64,000 nucleotides of DNA from Pseudomonadota bacterium (lineage in GTDB: Bacteria > Pseudomonadota > Gammaproteobacteria > Pseudomonadales > JADFDG01): the NCBI GenBank assembly GCA_049323295.1, contig JBMOON010000047.1, positions 181,033 through 245,032 of the forward strand, read 5' to 3'. This document shows positions 8,537 to 18,581 of this stretch, one piece after another. The notes beneath the pieces are model-generated. The model was not told the DNA's origin. It did no database searches and saw only the letters and a program-made list of their open reading frames with translations. How positions within the stretch are numbered: the stretch's first letter is position 1; each line of letters begins with the position of its first letter. Made by a program: the position numbers and the translations under genes.

Positions 8537-9817
8537 ATGTCCGTCATGCCGAGCCTGCGCATTCCCTATTACTACCGTTCCAGCATCCCGGCCGACCTCG
8601 GCACGGTGACCACCCGCGATCCGCGCGAAGTCCGCGCCGACGAGGCCGGCCTCGCCGCCCACGCCGCCGAACGCATCTGGCAACGTACCGAAGCGCTGTA
8701 CCGCACCGGGATGAATCCCGGCATCGCACTGTGCGTGCGCTACCGCGGACAGATGATCCTCAACCGGGCGATCGGTCATGCGCGCGGCAACGGTCCCGAC
8801 GATGCCCCGCAGGCGCCCAAGGTACTGCTGACCCCGGAAACGCCGGTCTGCCTGTTCTCGGCGTCCAAGGCCGTCACCGCCATGCTGGTCCACTGGCTGG
8901 CACAGGAAGGCCGCATCAACCTGCTCGATCCGATCGCGCACTACATTCCGGAATTCGCCAATCACGGCAAGGAAAACACCACCATCCAGCACCTGCTGTC
9001 GCATCGCGGCGGCGTTCCCCGCCTGGAAGGCGATGTCGATCCGTCGCTGCTGTTCGATCACCAGGCCTGCCTCGACATGATGAACAACGCCCGGCCGGTA
9101 TCGCCGGGCGGCCGCCGCCAGGCCTATCACGCGATCACCGGCGGTTTCGTGCTCGGCGAGATCGTCGAGCGCGTCACCGGCAAACCGATGCGCGAGGTGC
9201 TGCGCGACGTCATCCAGCAGCCGCTGGGCATGCGCTGGTTCAACTACGGCATGCCGGCCGGTCAGGCCGGCCATGCGGCACTGAACTACGTGACCGGCCT
9301 GAAGCCGATGTTCCCGTTCGACCGCTACATCAAGCACGTGCTGGGCGGCGAATTCGAAACGGCAGTCGAAGTCTCGAACGATCCGCGCTGGTTCGACGCC
9401 ACCATTCCGGCCGGCAACATCTACGCCACGGCCGACGAAGCCTGCCGTTTCTTCGAGCTGCTGCGCCAGGGCGGCACGCTGGACGGCGTGCGCGTATTCG
9501 ATCCGATGACCGTGCATCGCGCCGTGATGGAAGCCGGACGCGGCCCGGAAATCGATGCCACGCTGATGTTCCCGATGCGTTTCAGCATGGGCATGATGCT
9601 GGGCAGCAATCCGGTGGGCCTGTTCGGTCCGTCCACCGAGCAGGCCTACGGCCATCTCGGTTTCGTCAACGTCATCTGCTGGGCCGATCCCGAGCGCGAA
9701 TTGTCGGCGGCGCTGCTCACCACCGGCAAAACGCTGGTCGCGCCGAGCTGGGTGCACTGGACGCAGGTACTGTGGGAAATCGCCCGGCAATGTCCGCAGA
9801 CGGCGATCCGGAAATGA
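8537..9817 (+). CDS. Serine hydrolase, beta-lactamase/transpeptidase-like (class C / esterase family)
   Basis: S-x-x-K nucleophile motif in LFSASKAVTAMLV. The length (426 aa) is typical of AmpC-like esterases. Confidence 0.8.
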   Translation: MSVMPSLRIPYYYRSSIPADLGTVTTRDPREVRADEAGLAAHAAERIWQRTEALYRTGMNPGIALCVRYRGQMILNRAIGHARGNGPDDAPQAPKVLLTPETPVCLFSASKAVTAMLVHWLAQEGRINLLDPIAHYIPEFANHGKENTTIQHLLSHRGGVPRLEGDVDPSLLFDHQACLDMMNNARPVSPGGRRQAYHAITGGFVLGEIVERVTGKPMREVLRDVIQQPLGMRWFNYGMPAGQAGHAALNYVTGLKPMFPFDRYIKHVLGGEFETAVEVSNDPRWFDATIPAGNIYATADEACRFFELLRQGGTLDGVRVFDPMTVHRAVMEAGRGPEIDATLMFPMRFSMGMMLGSNPVGLFGPSTEQAYGHLGFVNVICWADPERELSAALLTTGKTLVAPSWVHWTQVLWEIARQCPQTAIRK

Positions 9818-9825
9818 ACCGCAGC

Positions 9826-9861
9826 AAAAGAAAAGGGCCGCAACTGCGGCCCTTTTCTTTT
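9826..9861. terminator. Bidirectional rho-independent terminator shared by convergent genes
   Basis: aaaagaaaaGGGCCGCaactGCGGCCCttttcttttg. A 7-bp GC stem (9835-9841 / 9846-9852) is flanked by an A-tract and a T-tract. It lies between stops at 9817 (+) and 9873 (-). Confidence 0.75.
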
Positions 9862-9872
9862 GTGCATGGCAC

Positions 9873-10703
9873 TCAGTAGCGGCCCATGCCCCGCCCGGAC
9901 GATTCCGGCATCAACGGTGCCGCAAACACCTGTTTCAGGAAAGCCTCGAGTTCCGCCCAGGACGCCTTGTCGGCCGCCTCGTTATAGCCCACCGGCATGT
10001 CGAACTTCTGTGCAACGGCATCGGCCGCCGGATTGGTGAAACTGTGCTTCGCGCCCGGGTAACTGACGACGCGGTAATCGGCACCGGCCGCCTTCATTTC
10101 CGCCTCGAAGGCCTGCACCGCTTCAGCCGGAATCATCGGGTCATCGGCGCCGGTGAGCACCAGCATCTTCGCTTTCACCTTGCCCTGCTCCGCCGGCGCC
10201 CAGGCGCCGAGGGCACCGTGGAAACTCGCTACGCCACGCAGGTTGTCGCCGCGCCGGGCCATGTTCAGCACCACTGCGCCGCCGAAGCAGTAGCCGATGG
10301 CGGCCAGCCGCGAGGGATCGACGACTTTCCGCTTCTTCAGGACTTTCTCCGCCGCCAGGAAACGGGCCGCGGTCTGCTCCGCGTCTTTCGTCGCCTCCTT
10401 CATGAACGCCATGGCGTTGTCCGGATGGTCGGCCGTCTTGCCGTCACCGTACATGTCGACGGCCAGCGCCACGTAGCCCAGCGCCGCCAGCTGTTTCGCC
10501 CGCGTCCGCGCGTAATCGTTGTGGCCCCACCACTCGTGCACGACGAGCACGCCGGGACGCTTGCCCTTGACGCTGTCGTCCCAGGCCACAAGGCCTTTCA
10601 TCTTCGCGCCGCCGCCCTCATAGGCGACCTCTTCCGTTCTGATTTCCGCGAGCGCCGCCGAAGTCAGCGTGGCCAGCAGGGTCGCAGCAAGCAGGGTTCG
10701 CAT
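9873..10703 (-). CDS. Dienelactone hydrolase family protein, exported
   Basis: Signal peptide MRTLLAATLLATLTSAALA. DLH motifs VLVVHEWWG and IGYCFGG (nucleophile Cys), with a C-terminal ..YPGAKHSF. ATG at 10703; the ORF track adds one GTG codon. Confidence 0.85.
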   Translation of the reverse strand: MRTLLAATLLATLTSAALAEIRTEEVAYEGGGAKMKGLVAWDDSVKGKRPGVLVVHEWWGHNDYARTRAKQLAALGYVALAVDMYGDGKTADHPDNAMAFMKEATKDAEQTAARFLAAEKVLKKRKVVDPSRLAAIGYCFGGAVVLNMARRGDNLRGVASFHGALGAWAPAEQGKVKAKMLVLTGADDPMIPAEAVQAFEAEMKAAGADYRVVSYPGAKHSFTNPAADAVAQKFDMPVGYNEAADKASWAELEAFLKQVFAAPLMPESSGRGMGRY

Positions 10704-10786
10704 CACACACCTCCGTCCGTTCGGGTGAACGTCCAGTGTGCACCGCCCGGCCGGAGGAATGAAGGCATGGACGGCGCCGGAAATGC

Positions 10787-10811
10787 GAAGGCCCGCACAG
10801 GGCGGGCCTTC
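10787..10811 (-). terminator. GC-rich hairpin downstream of thrC (candidate terminator)
   Basis: GAAGGCCCGC-acagg-GCGGGCCTTC forms a perfect 10-bp stem 29 nt past the thrC stop. Only a short TTT follows on the minus strand. Confidence 0.45.
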
Positions 10812-10839
10812 CGGGGCAGCGCGGAGTTTCCGGAAACGC

Positions 10840-11922
10840 TCAGCCCATATTGCCGAGGATGGCGTCCTTCACGGCACCCAGCTTCGCATCGATGGTGAGC
10901 ATCACCGCGTCGCGACACTGCGCGATCGCGGTGTCCGGGTCCTTCAGGCCGTTGCCGGTCAGTGTGCAGACGATGGTCGAGCCTTCCGGGATTTTCCCGT
11001 TCTTCACGTCGCGGATGGCACCGCCGAGCGAAGCCGCCGAAGCCGGCTCGCAGAAAACGCCTTCGCTCATCGCCAGCAGGCGCTGGGCCTTGAGGATTTC
11101 CTCGTCGGCCAGTTCGTCGAACCAGCCGCCGGATTCCTTCTGCAGCGCCCACGCCTTGTCCCAGCTCTGCGGATTGCCGATGCGGATGGCAGTGGCAACG
11201 GTTTCCGGCTTCGCCACCGGACCGCCGCGCAGGAACGGCGCCGAACCGGCGGCCTGATAGCCGATCATCTTCGGGCGGGTCTTCACCACGCCGTCGCGGT
11301 GGTATTCGGAGTAACCCATCCAGTGCGCAGTGATGTTGCCGGCGTTGCCGACCGGCAGACAGTGGAAATCCGGCGCGCGGCCGAGTTCCTCGACGATCTC
11401 GAAGGCCGCGGTTTTCTGGCCCTGCAGGCGGAACGGGTTGATCGAGTTGACGATGGTGACCGGCGCCTGCTGGGCAACCTGCTTCACCAGCTCCATGCCT
11501 TCGTCGAAATTGCCGCGGATCTGGATGGTGACGGCGCCGTACATCATCGCCTGCGCCAGCTTGCCCATCGCGATCTTGCCTTCGGGAATCAGCACGAAGG
11601 CCTTGATGCCGGCACGCGCCGCGTAGGCGGCCGCAGCGGCGGACGTATTGCCGGTGGAGGCGCAGATGATGGCATTGCTGCCCTCTTCCACGGCCTTGGT
11701 CACCGCCATGGTCATGCCGCGATCCTTGAAGGAACCGGTCGGGTTGAGGCCTTCGTACTTGACGTAGATGTCGACGTTCTTGCCGATCAGGCGCGGAATG
11801 TTCTTCAGGCGGATCAGGGGCGTGTTGCCTTCGCCCAGCGAGATGATGCGGGTGTCGTCGCTGACCGGCAGGTGGTCGCGGTAGCGGTTGATCAGGCCGG
11901 TGTAACGGTCGCGGAAAGCCAT
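10840..11922 (-). CDS. thrC: Threonine synthase
   Basis: PLP lysine motif NPTGSFKDRGMT, with full-length colinearity. Start MAFRDRYTGLI checked as CAT 11920-11922. Confidence 0.92.
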   Translation of the reverse strand: MAFRDRYTGLINRYRDHLPVSDDTRIISLGEGNTPLIRLKNIPRLIGKNVDIYVKYEGLNPTGSFKDRGMTMAVTKAVEEGSNAIICASTGNTSAAAAAYAARAGIKAFVLIPEGKIAMGKLAQAMMYGAVTIQIRGNFDEGMELVKQVAQQAPVTIVNSINPFRLQGQKTAAFEIVEELGRAPDFHCLPVGNAGNITAHWMGYSEYHRDGVVKTRPKMIGYQAAGSAPFLRGGPVAKPETVATAIRIGNPQSWDKAWALQKESGGWFDELADEEILKAQRLLAMSEGVFCEPASAASLGGAIRDVKNGKIPEGSTIVCTLTGNGLKDPDTAIAQCRDAVMLTIDAKLGAVKDAILGNMG

Positions 11923-11950
11923 GGCAAACCTCGGTACGAAAACGGTGGAA

Positions 11951-13261
11951 TCAGTGATCAAGCGATTCGAGACGGATACGCATGATCTCGTCGTCGATTT
12001 CCGGCAGCGCGCGGATTTTCGCCAGCGCCGCATTCATTTTCTTCTCCAGCACCCGGCGGGTCAGGATGATGACCGGCACCCGGTCACGGTCGCCGACCGG
12101 TTTCTGCAGGATCGCCTCGATGGATATGCCGGCATCGCTGAGGATGCGCGTGACTTCCGCCAGCACGCCCGGCTTCTCCGTCACCATCAGTCGCAGGTAA
12201 TAGGCGGTTTCGACCTCGTCGATCGGCAGCACCGGCACGTCGGACAGCTGGTCGGCCTGGAAGGCCAGGTGCGGGATGCGGTTCGCCTGCTTGAGCACGA
12301 TGTTGCGGGCAACGTCGATCACGTCCGCCACCACGGCGGACGCGGTCGGCTCGGCGCCGGCGCCGCGGCCGTGGTACAGCGTGCTGCCCACCGCATCACC
12401 GTGCACCATGACCCCGTTCATCACGCCATCGACGTTGGCGATAAGGCGCTTCTCGGGAATCAGCGTCGGATGCACGCGCAGCTCGATGCCGGCAGGGACG
12501 CGGCGGGCGATGCCCAGCAACTTGATCCGGTAACCCAGTGCCTCCGCATAGGACACGTCGTCGGCCGTCAGCTTCGTGATGCCCTCGGTGTACACCTTGC
12601 TGAACTGCAGCGGAATGCCGAAAGCCACCGACGCCAGGATCGTCAGCTTGTGCGCCGCATCGACGCCTTCCACGTCGAAGGTGGGATCGGCTTCTGCATA
12701 GCCGAGTGCCTGCGCCTCGGCGAGCACGTCACCGAAGGAACGGCCCTTGTCGCGCATCTCGGTGAGGATGAAATTGCTGGTGCCGTTGATGATGCCGGCC
12801 AGCCAGTGGATACGGTTGGCCGACAGGCCCTCGCGGATGGCCTTGATGATCGGAATGCCGCCGGCCACCGCGGCCTCGAACACCACGTCGACGCCCTTCT
12901 TCGTCGCCGCCAGGAAAATCTCGTTGCCGTGCTGGGCGATCAGCGCCTTGTTGGCGGTGATGACGTGCTTGCCGTTTTCGATCGCCTTGAGAATGAGTTC
13001 ACGGGCCAGCGTGGTGCCGCCGATGAGCTCTACCAGCACGTCGACGTCCGGATCGTTCACCACTGCCCACAGGTCGCGCGACACCTTCATCTGCGACGTA
13101 TCGGCGTGCGGATTGTCGCGGCGGGCGCCGACATGGACGATTTCTATCGGCACACCCGCACGGCGGGCGATTTCGGCGGCGTTGCGGTTGAGCACGTTGA
13201 ACGTGCCGCTGCCGACCGTGCCGAGACCCACGATACCTACCCGAACCCTGGTGCCCGACAT
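11951..13261 (-). CDS. hom: Homoserine dehydrogenase
   Basis: N-terminal VGIVGLGTVGSG, a catalytic region, and a C-terminal ACT domain. Start MSGTRVRVGIV checked as CAT 13259-13261. Confidence 0.92.
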   Translation of the reverse strand: MSGTRVRVGIVGLGTVGSGTFNVLNRNAAEIARRAGVPIEIVHVGARRDNPHADTSQMKVSRDLWAVVNDPDVDVLVELIGGTTLARELILKAIENGKHVITANKALIAQHGNEIFLAATKKGVDVVFEAAVAGGIPIIKAIREGLSANRIHWLAGIINGTSNFILTEMRDKGRSFGDVLAEAQALGYAEADPTFDVEGVDAAHKLTILASVAFGIPLQFSKVYTEGITKLTADDVSYAEALGYRIKLLGIARRVPAGIELRVHPTLIPEKRLIANVDGVMNGVMVHGDAVGSTLYHGRGAGAEPTASAVVADVIDVARNIVLKQANRIPHLAFQADQLSDVPVLPIDEVETAYYLRLMVTEKPGVLAEVTRILSDAGISIEAILQKPVGDRDRVPVIILTRRVLEKKMNAALAKIRALPEIDDEIMRIRLESLDH

Positions 13262-13321
13262 GCCGGAAACTCCCGTGAAAACCGGCACCGGCCCCGGTGG
13301 CGGCACCCAGCAAAGGCCGCC

Positions 13322-13350
13322 ACCTTACTGGCGGCCGTCCCGGGCGTCAA
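13322..13350 (-). promoter_or_regulatory. Candidate sigma70 promoter for hom-thrC (overlaps a hairpin at 13315-13336)
   Basis: Minus strand reads TTGACG - 17 nt - TAAGGT. The same region contains an 8-bp hairpin GGCCGCCA/TGGCGGCC that could instead terminate dsbC. Confidence 0.3.
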
Positions 13351-13376
13351 CGCGCGCTGTCGCGGGAAAAAACCGG

Positions 13377-14123
13377 TTATTTCAGGCCCAGACGGGCCAG
13401 CAGTTCCTTCGCCGGAAGGTAGCCGCCGACCTGGTTGCCGTCGGCCAGAAAGACCGCCGGTGTGCCGCGCACGCCGAGCCCGACCCCGGTACGGTACTCG
13501 GCCGCCACCGGCGACTTGCAGGCCACCGGTGCCGGTACGGGCACGACACCGCGCTTGGCTGCGGTCAGGGCCTTGTTGCGGTCACCGGCACACCAGACCG
13601 ACTCCATCTTGCGGAAGGTATCTCCTTCGAGACCGGCGCGCGGAAATGCCAGGTAATGCACCGTCACGCCTGCCGCGTTCAGTTTTGGCACTTCCTGGTG
13701 GAATTTGCGGCAATAACCGCAGTCGACATCGGTGAAAACATAGATGAAGGCCTTTTCCGCGCCGGTGGCCGGGAAAGTCACCAGATCCCGACGATCAAGC
13801 CGGGCCAGGACTTCCCGTCGCTGTCCACCCTTGCGCTGGTCGGTGATGTTGACCAGTTTCTTGCCGCCGGCCTGGTACATGTCGCCGTTGATCAGGTACG
13901 TGCCGTCGGCAGTGACATAGGCCGACTCGGTGCCATCCAGCAGCACGTGATACAGGCCCGGTACCGGCGACGGCTCGATGCCCGAAACCTCGACACCCTG
14001 CAGGGAAACGGCAAGGCGGGCCCGGATCGCGTCCTCGGCCTTGCCCGACGGCGCCGGGTCGGCCGCCAGCACCGGCATGGCGAGCGACAACAGGACGACG
14101 ACACGCAGGACACTGGCAATCAT
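13377..14123 (-). CDS. dsbC: Thiol:disulfide interchange protein DsbC
   Basis: Signal peptide, dimerisation domain, and thioredoxin active site FTDVDCGYCRKFH. Sits in the conserved xerD-dsbC-hom-thrC order. Confidence 0.85.
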   Translation of the reverse strand: MIASVLRVVVLLSLAMPVLAADPAPSGKAEDAIRARLAVSLQGVEVSGIEPSPVPGLYHVLLDGTESAYVTADGTYLINGDMYQAGGKKLVNITDQRKGGQRREVLARLDRRDLVTFPATGAEKAFIYVFTDVDCGYCRKFHQEVPKLNAAGVTVHYLAFPRAGLEGDTFRKMESVWCAGDRNKALTAAKRGVVPVPAPVACKSPVAAEYRTGVGLGVRGTPAVFLADGNQVGGYLPAKELLARLGLK

Positions 14124-14174
14124 TTCACAACTCCGGAAAGGGGCCCTGTATCTCGGACCGCGGGACGGGCGGGA

Positions 14175-15104
14175 TTATCCCCGCGGATGGTGACGTGCGT
14201 GCAGTTCCTTCAGCCGCGCACGGGCCACGTGAGTATAGATCTGGGTAGTCGAGAGATCGCTGTGGCCCAGCAGCATCTGCACCGCACGCAGATCGGCGCC
14301 GTGGTTGAGCAGATGGGTGGCGAAGGCATGGCGCAGCACATGCGGCGAAATGCTGCGCCCGATGCCGGCCGCCAGCGCCACCTGCCGGATGCGGTGCCAG
14401 AACGTCTGCCGGGTCATCGCCGTGCCGCGCAGGCTGGGAAACAACACGTCCGACAGGCTGCCGTCCAGCAATACCGGCCGCGCTTCGGCCAGGTAACGGT
14501 CGAGCCAGCGCCGGGCCTCTTCGCCCAGCGGGACCAGCCGCTCCTTGCTGCCCTTGCCCATCACCTTCACCACCCCCTGGCGCAGTCCCAACTGGGGCAG
14601 CGTCAGCGCGACCAGCTCGCTGACCCGCAGGCCGCTCGCATAGAGCAGCTCGAGCATCGCACGATCACGCAGCCCCAGCGGCGTACCGACATCCGGCGCC
14701 GCCAGCAGGCGATCGACATCCTCTTCGGTCAGCAATTTCGGCAGCGGACGCCCGAGCTTCGGGCTGTCGATGCGCAACGTCGGATCGGCGGCAATCAAAC
14801 CTTCCCGCAACAGGTGCCGGTAAAAACCGCGCAGACAGGAAAGCAGGCGCGCGGTCGAACGCGAATGGATCTTCTGCGCATGACGATGCGCCAGATATTC
14901 CTGCACGTCGCTGCGCGTCACGGTCGACAGCGAACCCGTGCGGCCCTGCAGCCACTGCGCGAACAGCAGGAGGTCGGAACGATACGAGGCCAGCGTGTGG
15001 CGGCTCAGCCCTTTCTCCATCCACATCGCATCCAGCCACGCATCGATGGTCGCGACATCCGGCAGTGCGTCGACATGCGGTGCGGCGGTGGAGTCAGCAG
15101 ACAT
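14175..15104 (-). CDS. xerD: Site-specific tyrosine recombinase XerD
   Basis: Catalytic residues lie in ...GLRVSEL..., HVLRHAFATHLL, LLGHSDLSTTQIYTHV. Chromosomal synteny with dsbC argues for XerD rather than a phage integrase. Confidence 0.9.
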   Translation of the reverse strand: MSADSTAAPHVDALPDVATIDAWLDAMWMEKGLSRHTLASYRSDLLLFAQWLQGRTGSLSTVTRSDVQEYLAHRHAQKIHSRSTARLLSCLRGFYRHLLREGLIAADPTLRIDSPKLGRPLPKLLTEEDVDRLLAAPDVGTPLGLRDRAMLELLYASGLRVSELVALTLPQLGLRQGVVKVMGKGSKERLVPLGEEARRWLDRYLAEARPVLLDGSLSDVLFPSLRGTAMTRQTFWHRIRQVALAAGIGRSISPHVLRHAFATHLLNHGADLRAVQMLLGHSDLSTTQIYTHVARARLKELHARHHPRG

Positions 15105-15256
15105 CAGGATTCCCGGAAACCGACCAGTGGCAGCGGGAGTATGCCGCCCGTCGATTCCCGGCGCGACACCGGCTTCCTATACTCCCGCGCATTGCCACCC
15201 GGATACACCGCCCGGGCTGCCCTCCCAGAAGAAAAACAACCACGATCCGGAACACC

Positions 15257-16405
15257 ATGGGCCACTGGTTCTTTTCCCTGATGGCGCTGATCGGCGCGCA
15301 ACGCGAGGGCTCGCTGGCCCGGCGCGCGGCCTTCGTCGGCTGGATGTCGGCACCGGTATACCTGCTGTTCTCGCTGTGGATGCTCGGCGGCTGCCTGCTG
15401 GCCGCCCGCGAGCCGGGACTCGACGTCCGCGTGCTGGGTTACGCCACCCTGTACGGTTTCACCATGACCTTCGCCTGGGTCGCACTGGCCCTGCGCGGGC
15501 TCTGGCTCGACCAGCAGCGCCGTCCCGATGCCGCCTACACGCACGTCGTCCTCTGGTGCTATGCGCTGACGTCGGCACTCACCTGCTATTTCGTCGGCAC
15601 GCTGAGCATCATCTCCGGGCTGGTGATGATGGGTGCCCCGCTGATCGGCATGATGCTGTTTCCCATGCGGCGGATCCTCATCGTGTTCGGCAGTTCGCTC
15701 GCCCTGCTGCTGGCAGCCAGCGTCGCCAGCGCACTCGACCGGCTGCCCTATGCACCGATCATCGATGCCGGACTCGCCGCCGGCGAATCGCCGAGCCTCT
15801 ATTACGCGCTCAGCGGCATTGCCGGCGCCGGACTGTATGCGGTCTACGAAGCACTGATCATGATGGCGCTGGTTTCGGCCTGGCATTTCCGCGAAGCCGG
15901 GGTACTCAGGCTGTCGCAGATCGACACCCTGACCGGCATTGCCAACCGGCGCCACATCATCGGGGAACTGGAAACCCTGCTCGATGCACACGCTCCGGCC
16001 AACGAGCCGGTGGCTGTCGTCATGGTCGACATCGACCATTTCAAGCAGATCAACGACCGGCACGGACACATCGCCGGGGACCGGGCGCTGGCGGCGGCAG
16101 CGGAAGCCTTGCGCCACTGTCTGCGCAGCAGCGACCGCATCGGGCGCTACGGCGGCGAGGAATTCCTGATCGTACTGCCTGGCGCAACGGCCGACGCCGC
16201 GCGGGAAATTGCCGAACGCTGCCGGCTCGCCGTCTGTGCGGCCGGCATCGATGCCGGCGAAGTGACCATCACGCTCACCGCCAGTCTCGGCGTGAGCTCG
16301 CGGCCGGCCCGCGAAGTCCGCGATGCCGACCACATCATCAATCTCGCCGACGAGGCGATGTACCTGGCCAAGCAAGGCGGGCGGAACCGGGTCGTGATTG
16401 CCTGA
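15257..16405 (+). CDS. Membrane-anchored diguanylate cyclase (GGDEF domain with I-site)
   Basis: About 6 predicted TM helices precede the GGDEF domain. Active site RYGGEEFLIVLPG. An RxxD I-site (RSSD) lies 5 residues upstream. ATG checked at 15257. Confidence 0.85.
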   Translation: MGHWFFSLMALIGAQREGSLARRAAFVGWMSAPVYLLFSLWMLGGCLLAAREPGLDVRVLGYATLYGFTMTFAWVALALRGLWLDQQRRPDAAYTHVVLWCYALTSALTCYFVGTLSIISGLVMMGAPLIGMMLFPMRRILIVFGSSLALLLAASVASALDRLPYAPIIDAGLAAGESPSLYYALSGIAGAGLYAVYEALIMMALVSAWHFREAGVLRLSQIDTLTGIANRRHIIGELETLLDAHAPANEPVAVVMVDIDHFKQINDRHGHIAGDRALAAAAEALRHCLRSSDRIGRYGGEEFLIVLPGATADAAREIAERCRLAVCAAGIDAGEVTITLTASLGVSSRPAREVRDADHIINLADEAMYLAKQGGRNRVVIA

Positions 16406-16421
16406 CGGGCAGCACGAAAGA

Positions 16422-16455
16422 AACGAAAACGGCCGCATTCGCGGCCGTTTTCGTT
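16422..16455. terminator. Bidirectional rho-independent terminator shared by convergent genes
   Basis: AACGAAAACGGCCGC-attc-GCGGCCGTTTTCGTT is a perfect 15-bp inverted repeat between stops at 16405 (+) and 16496 (-). Confidence 0.8.
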
Positions 16456-16495
16456 ATGCGGTCCAGCCGCCTTCCCGGGCGGCCGGGCACGGCAA

Positions 16496-16855
16496 TCAGC
16501 TGCCGAGCTTTTCCTTGATGCGGGCGGATTTGCCGCTGCGCTGACGCAGGTAGTACAGCTTGGCGCGACGGACATCGCCGCGGCGCTCGACCACGACGCT
16601 GTCGATGATCGGGCTGTGCGCCTGGAACACGCGCTCGACGCCGACGCCGTGCGAAATCTTGCGCACGGTGAACGAGCTGTTGAGGCCGCGGTTCTTCTTG
16701 GCGATAACGACGCCCTGGAACGCCTGGACGCGCTCGCGGTCGCCTTCCTTCACCTTGACGTTCACGGTCACGGTGTCGCCGGCGCCGAATTGCGGCAGGT
16801 CGCTGCGCAGCTGGGCGTTCTCGACTGCCTGGATGATCTTGTTGCTACCGCTCAT
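16496..16855 (-). CDS. rplS: 50S ribosomal protein L19
   Basis: [46 protein letters not shown] is the canonical L19 sequence. The start overlaps the trmD stop (ATGA). Confidence 0.95.
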   Translation of the reverse strand: MSGSNKIIQAVENAQLRSDLPQFGAGDTVTVNVKVKEGDRERVQAFQGVVIAKKNRGLNSSFTVRKISHGVGVERVFQAHSPIIDSVVVERRGDVRRAKLYYLRQRSGKSARIKEKLGS

Positions 16856-17637
16856 GGCTCGCTCCGCTTCTCACTCTGCTCGCCGATATATTCGTCGAGC
16901 AATTTTTGTTCCTCTTTCGTCAGGCCGGCCGCACGTTTCCGTGCGAACAGGTCCGGACGCCTCTGCTGCGTCCGCCCCAGCGCCTGCATGAGACGCCAGC
17001 GACGGATCGCCGCATGGTTGCCGCCCAGCAGCACCGGCGGGACTGCACGCGCCTCGAAAGTCTCGGGCCGCGTGTAGTGCGGACTGTCGAGCAGTCCGCG
17101 GAACTCGCCGGAGAAGGAATCCTGCTTCGCCGAGTCCTCGTCGCCCAGTGCGCCCGGCAGCAACCGGGTCACCGCGTCGATCAGCACCATGGCCGCGAGT
17201 TCACCACCCGACAGCACGTAATCGCCGATCGACAACTCTTCATCGACGTACGCCTCAATGAAGCGCTCGTCGATGCCTTCGTACCTGCCGGCCACCAGGA
17301 CCAGCCCCGCTTCCGCCGCCAGCGCTTCCGCACGCTCCTGCGTGAGGACCGCGCCCTGCGGCGAGAGGCAGATCACGCGCGGCTTCCTGCCCGTCGCGCC
17401 TTCCACCGCGTTGCACGCTGCGACAGTCGCGTCGCGCAACGGCTCGATCTTCATCACCATCCCGGGGCCGCCGCCGAAAGGCCGGTCGTCCACCGTCTTG
17501 TGCACGTCGCGGGTGAAATCGCGCGGATTCACGCCCGTAACCTGCAACTTTCCCTGCTTCACCGCCCGCGCCGTGATGCCGTAACCGGTCACCGCGCCGA
17601 GCATGTCCGGGAAAATCGTCACCACCGCTATGCGCAT
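16852..17637 (-). CDS. trmD: tRNA (guanine37-N1)-methyltransferase TrmD
   Basis: [12 protein letters not shown]...[13 protein letters not shown]...[10 protein letters not shown] are the signature motifs. Start checked as CAT 17635-17637. Confidence 0.93.
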   Translation of the reverse strand: MRIAVVTIFPDMLGAVTGYGITARAVKQGKLQVTGVNPRDFTRDVHKTVDDRPFGGGPGMVMKIEPLRDATVAACNAVEGATGRKPRVICLSPQGAVLTQERAEALAAEAGLVLVAGRYEGIDERFIEAYVDEELSIGDYVLSGGELAAMVLIDAVTRLLPGALGDEDSAKQDSFSGEFRGLLDSPHYTRPETFEARAVPPVLLGGNHAAIRRWRLMQALGRTQQRRPDLFARKRAAGLTKEEQKLLDEYIGEQSEKRSEP

Positions 17638-17665
17638 CGGTGTCGCCCTTCCCGGTCGCAATCCG

Positions 17666-18184
17666 TCACCAGTCCGTGCCCCAGTCCACCGTGATGACCC
17701 GCGCATCGGCATCGACACGCTGCACCACCGGCCCCTGTACCCACGGCACCAGTCGCCTGCCGTCGTCGACGCTGCCGTCACAGGGCAGCACGACCAGCAC
17801 GTCGTTGGCGCCCGTTTCCAGCAGGTGGTCGACCACCCCCAGCAAAACCCCTTCCGTGTTCACGACCTTCAGGCCGATGAGGTCCCGCCAGTAAAACTCG
17901 CCTTGCTTCAACTTCGGCAGCGCGGCGACCGGAATCCCGATCTCCACGCCGTCCAGCGCTTCCGCGCCGTTGCGATCCTCGATGCCGCGCAGGCGGACGA
18001 TCAGGCCCTTGCCGTGCGCCGCCCCCTCGGCCACCTCGACTTCCTGCCACCGGCCTCCGCGCAGGAGATACCAGGGTCGGTAACCGAGGATGTTTTCCTT
18101 CGGGGCGGTCTCGCTGTGGACCTTGACCCACCCCTTGATCCCGAAGGCGCCGAGAAAGCGCCCTGCCTTCAGGACGTCACTCAA
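17666..18184 (-). CDS. rimM: Ribosome maturation factor RimM
   Basis: [15 protein letters not shown]...[14 protein letters not shown] are the RimM N-terminal and PRC-barrel motifs. Apparent TTG start 6 nt after the rpsP stop. Confidence 0.88.
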   Translation of the reverse strand: MSDVLKAGRFLGAFGIKGWVKVHSETAPKENILGYRPWYLLRGGRWQEVEVAEGAAHGKGLIVRLRGIEDRNGAEALDGVEIGIPVAALPKLKQGEFYWRDLIGLKVVNTEGVLLGVVDHLLETGANDVLVVLPCDGSVDDGRRLVPWVQGPVVQRVDADARVITVDWGTDW

Positions 18185-18190
18185 GCCGGA

Positions 18191-18439
18191 TCAGCCTTTC
18201 TGGCCGCCCGTTTCCACCAGGTCGGCCACGCGCGGCGACGGCTGGGCACCGTTGGCCAGCCAGTAGTCGTAGCGGGCGCGGTCCAGTTCGAACCGCTTTT
18301 CGCCGCCGGCGGCGATAGGGTTGAAGTAGCCGATGCGCTCGATGAAGCGGCCGGTGGTCGCCTTGCGGCGATCGGACACGACGAGGTTGTAGAACGGGCG
18401 CTTCTTGGCGCCGCCACGAGCCAGACGAATCACGACCAT
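18191..18439 (-). CDS. rpsP: 30S ribosomal protein S16
   Basis: [41 protein letters not shown] is the canonical S16 sequence. Start checked as CAT 18437-18439. Confidence 0.95.
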   Translation of the reverse strand: MVVIRLARGGAKKRPFYNLVVSDRRKATTGRFIERIGYFNPIAAGGEKRFELDRARYDYWLANGAQPSPRVADLVETGGQKG

Positions 18440-18581
18440 GGGGTATACCTTGCTCTCGAAAACCGTTCGGGTCGCCAGCGGCCGGGGGCCGCAATGCGAG
18501 GGGCGCGCAGGATAACCAAGTCGGGGTGGCATTAAAAGCCCTGTCACCCCGATTTTCGTCGGGCGGCCCGGAGCCCGCCCC

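Noticed and set aside
14175-15104. A tyrosine recombinase that could mark an integrated mobile element
   Set aside because: Sequence and context (xerD-dsbC-hom-thrC, as in Pseudomonas) identify it as the chromosomal dimer-resolution recombinase XerD. There are no flanking repeats, tRNA target or cargo genes.
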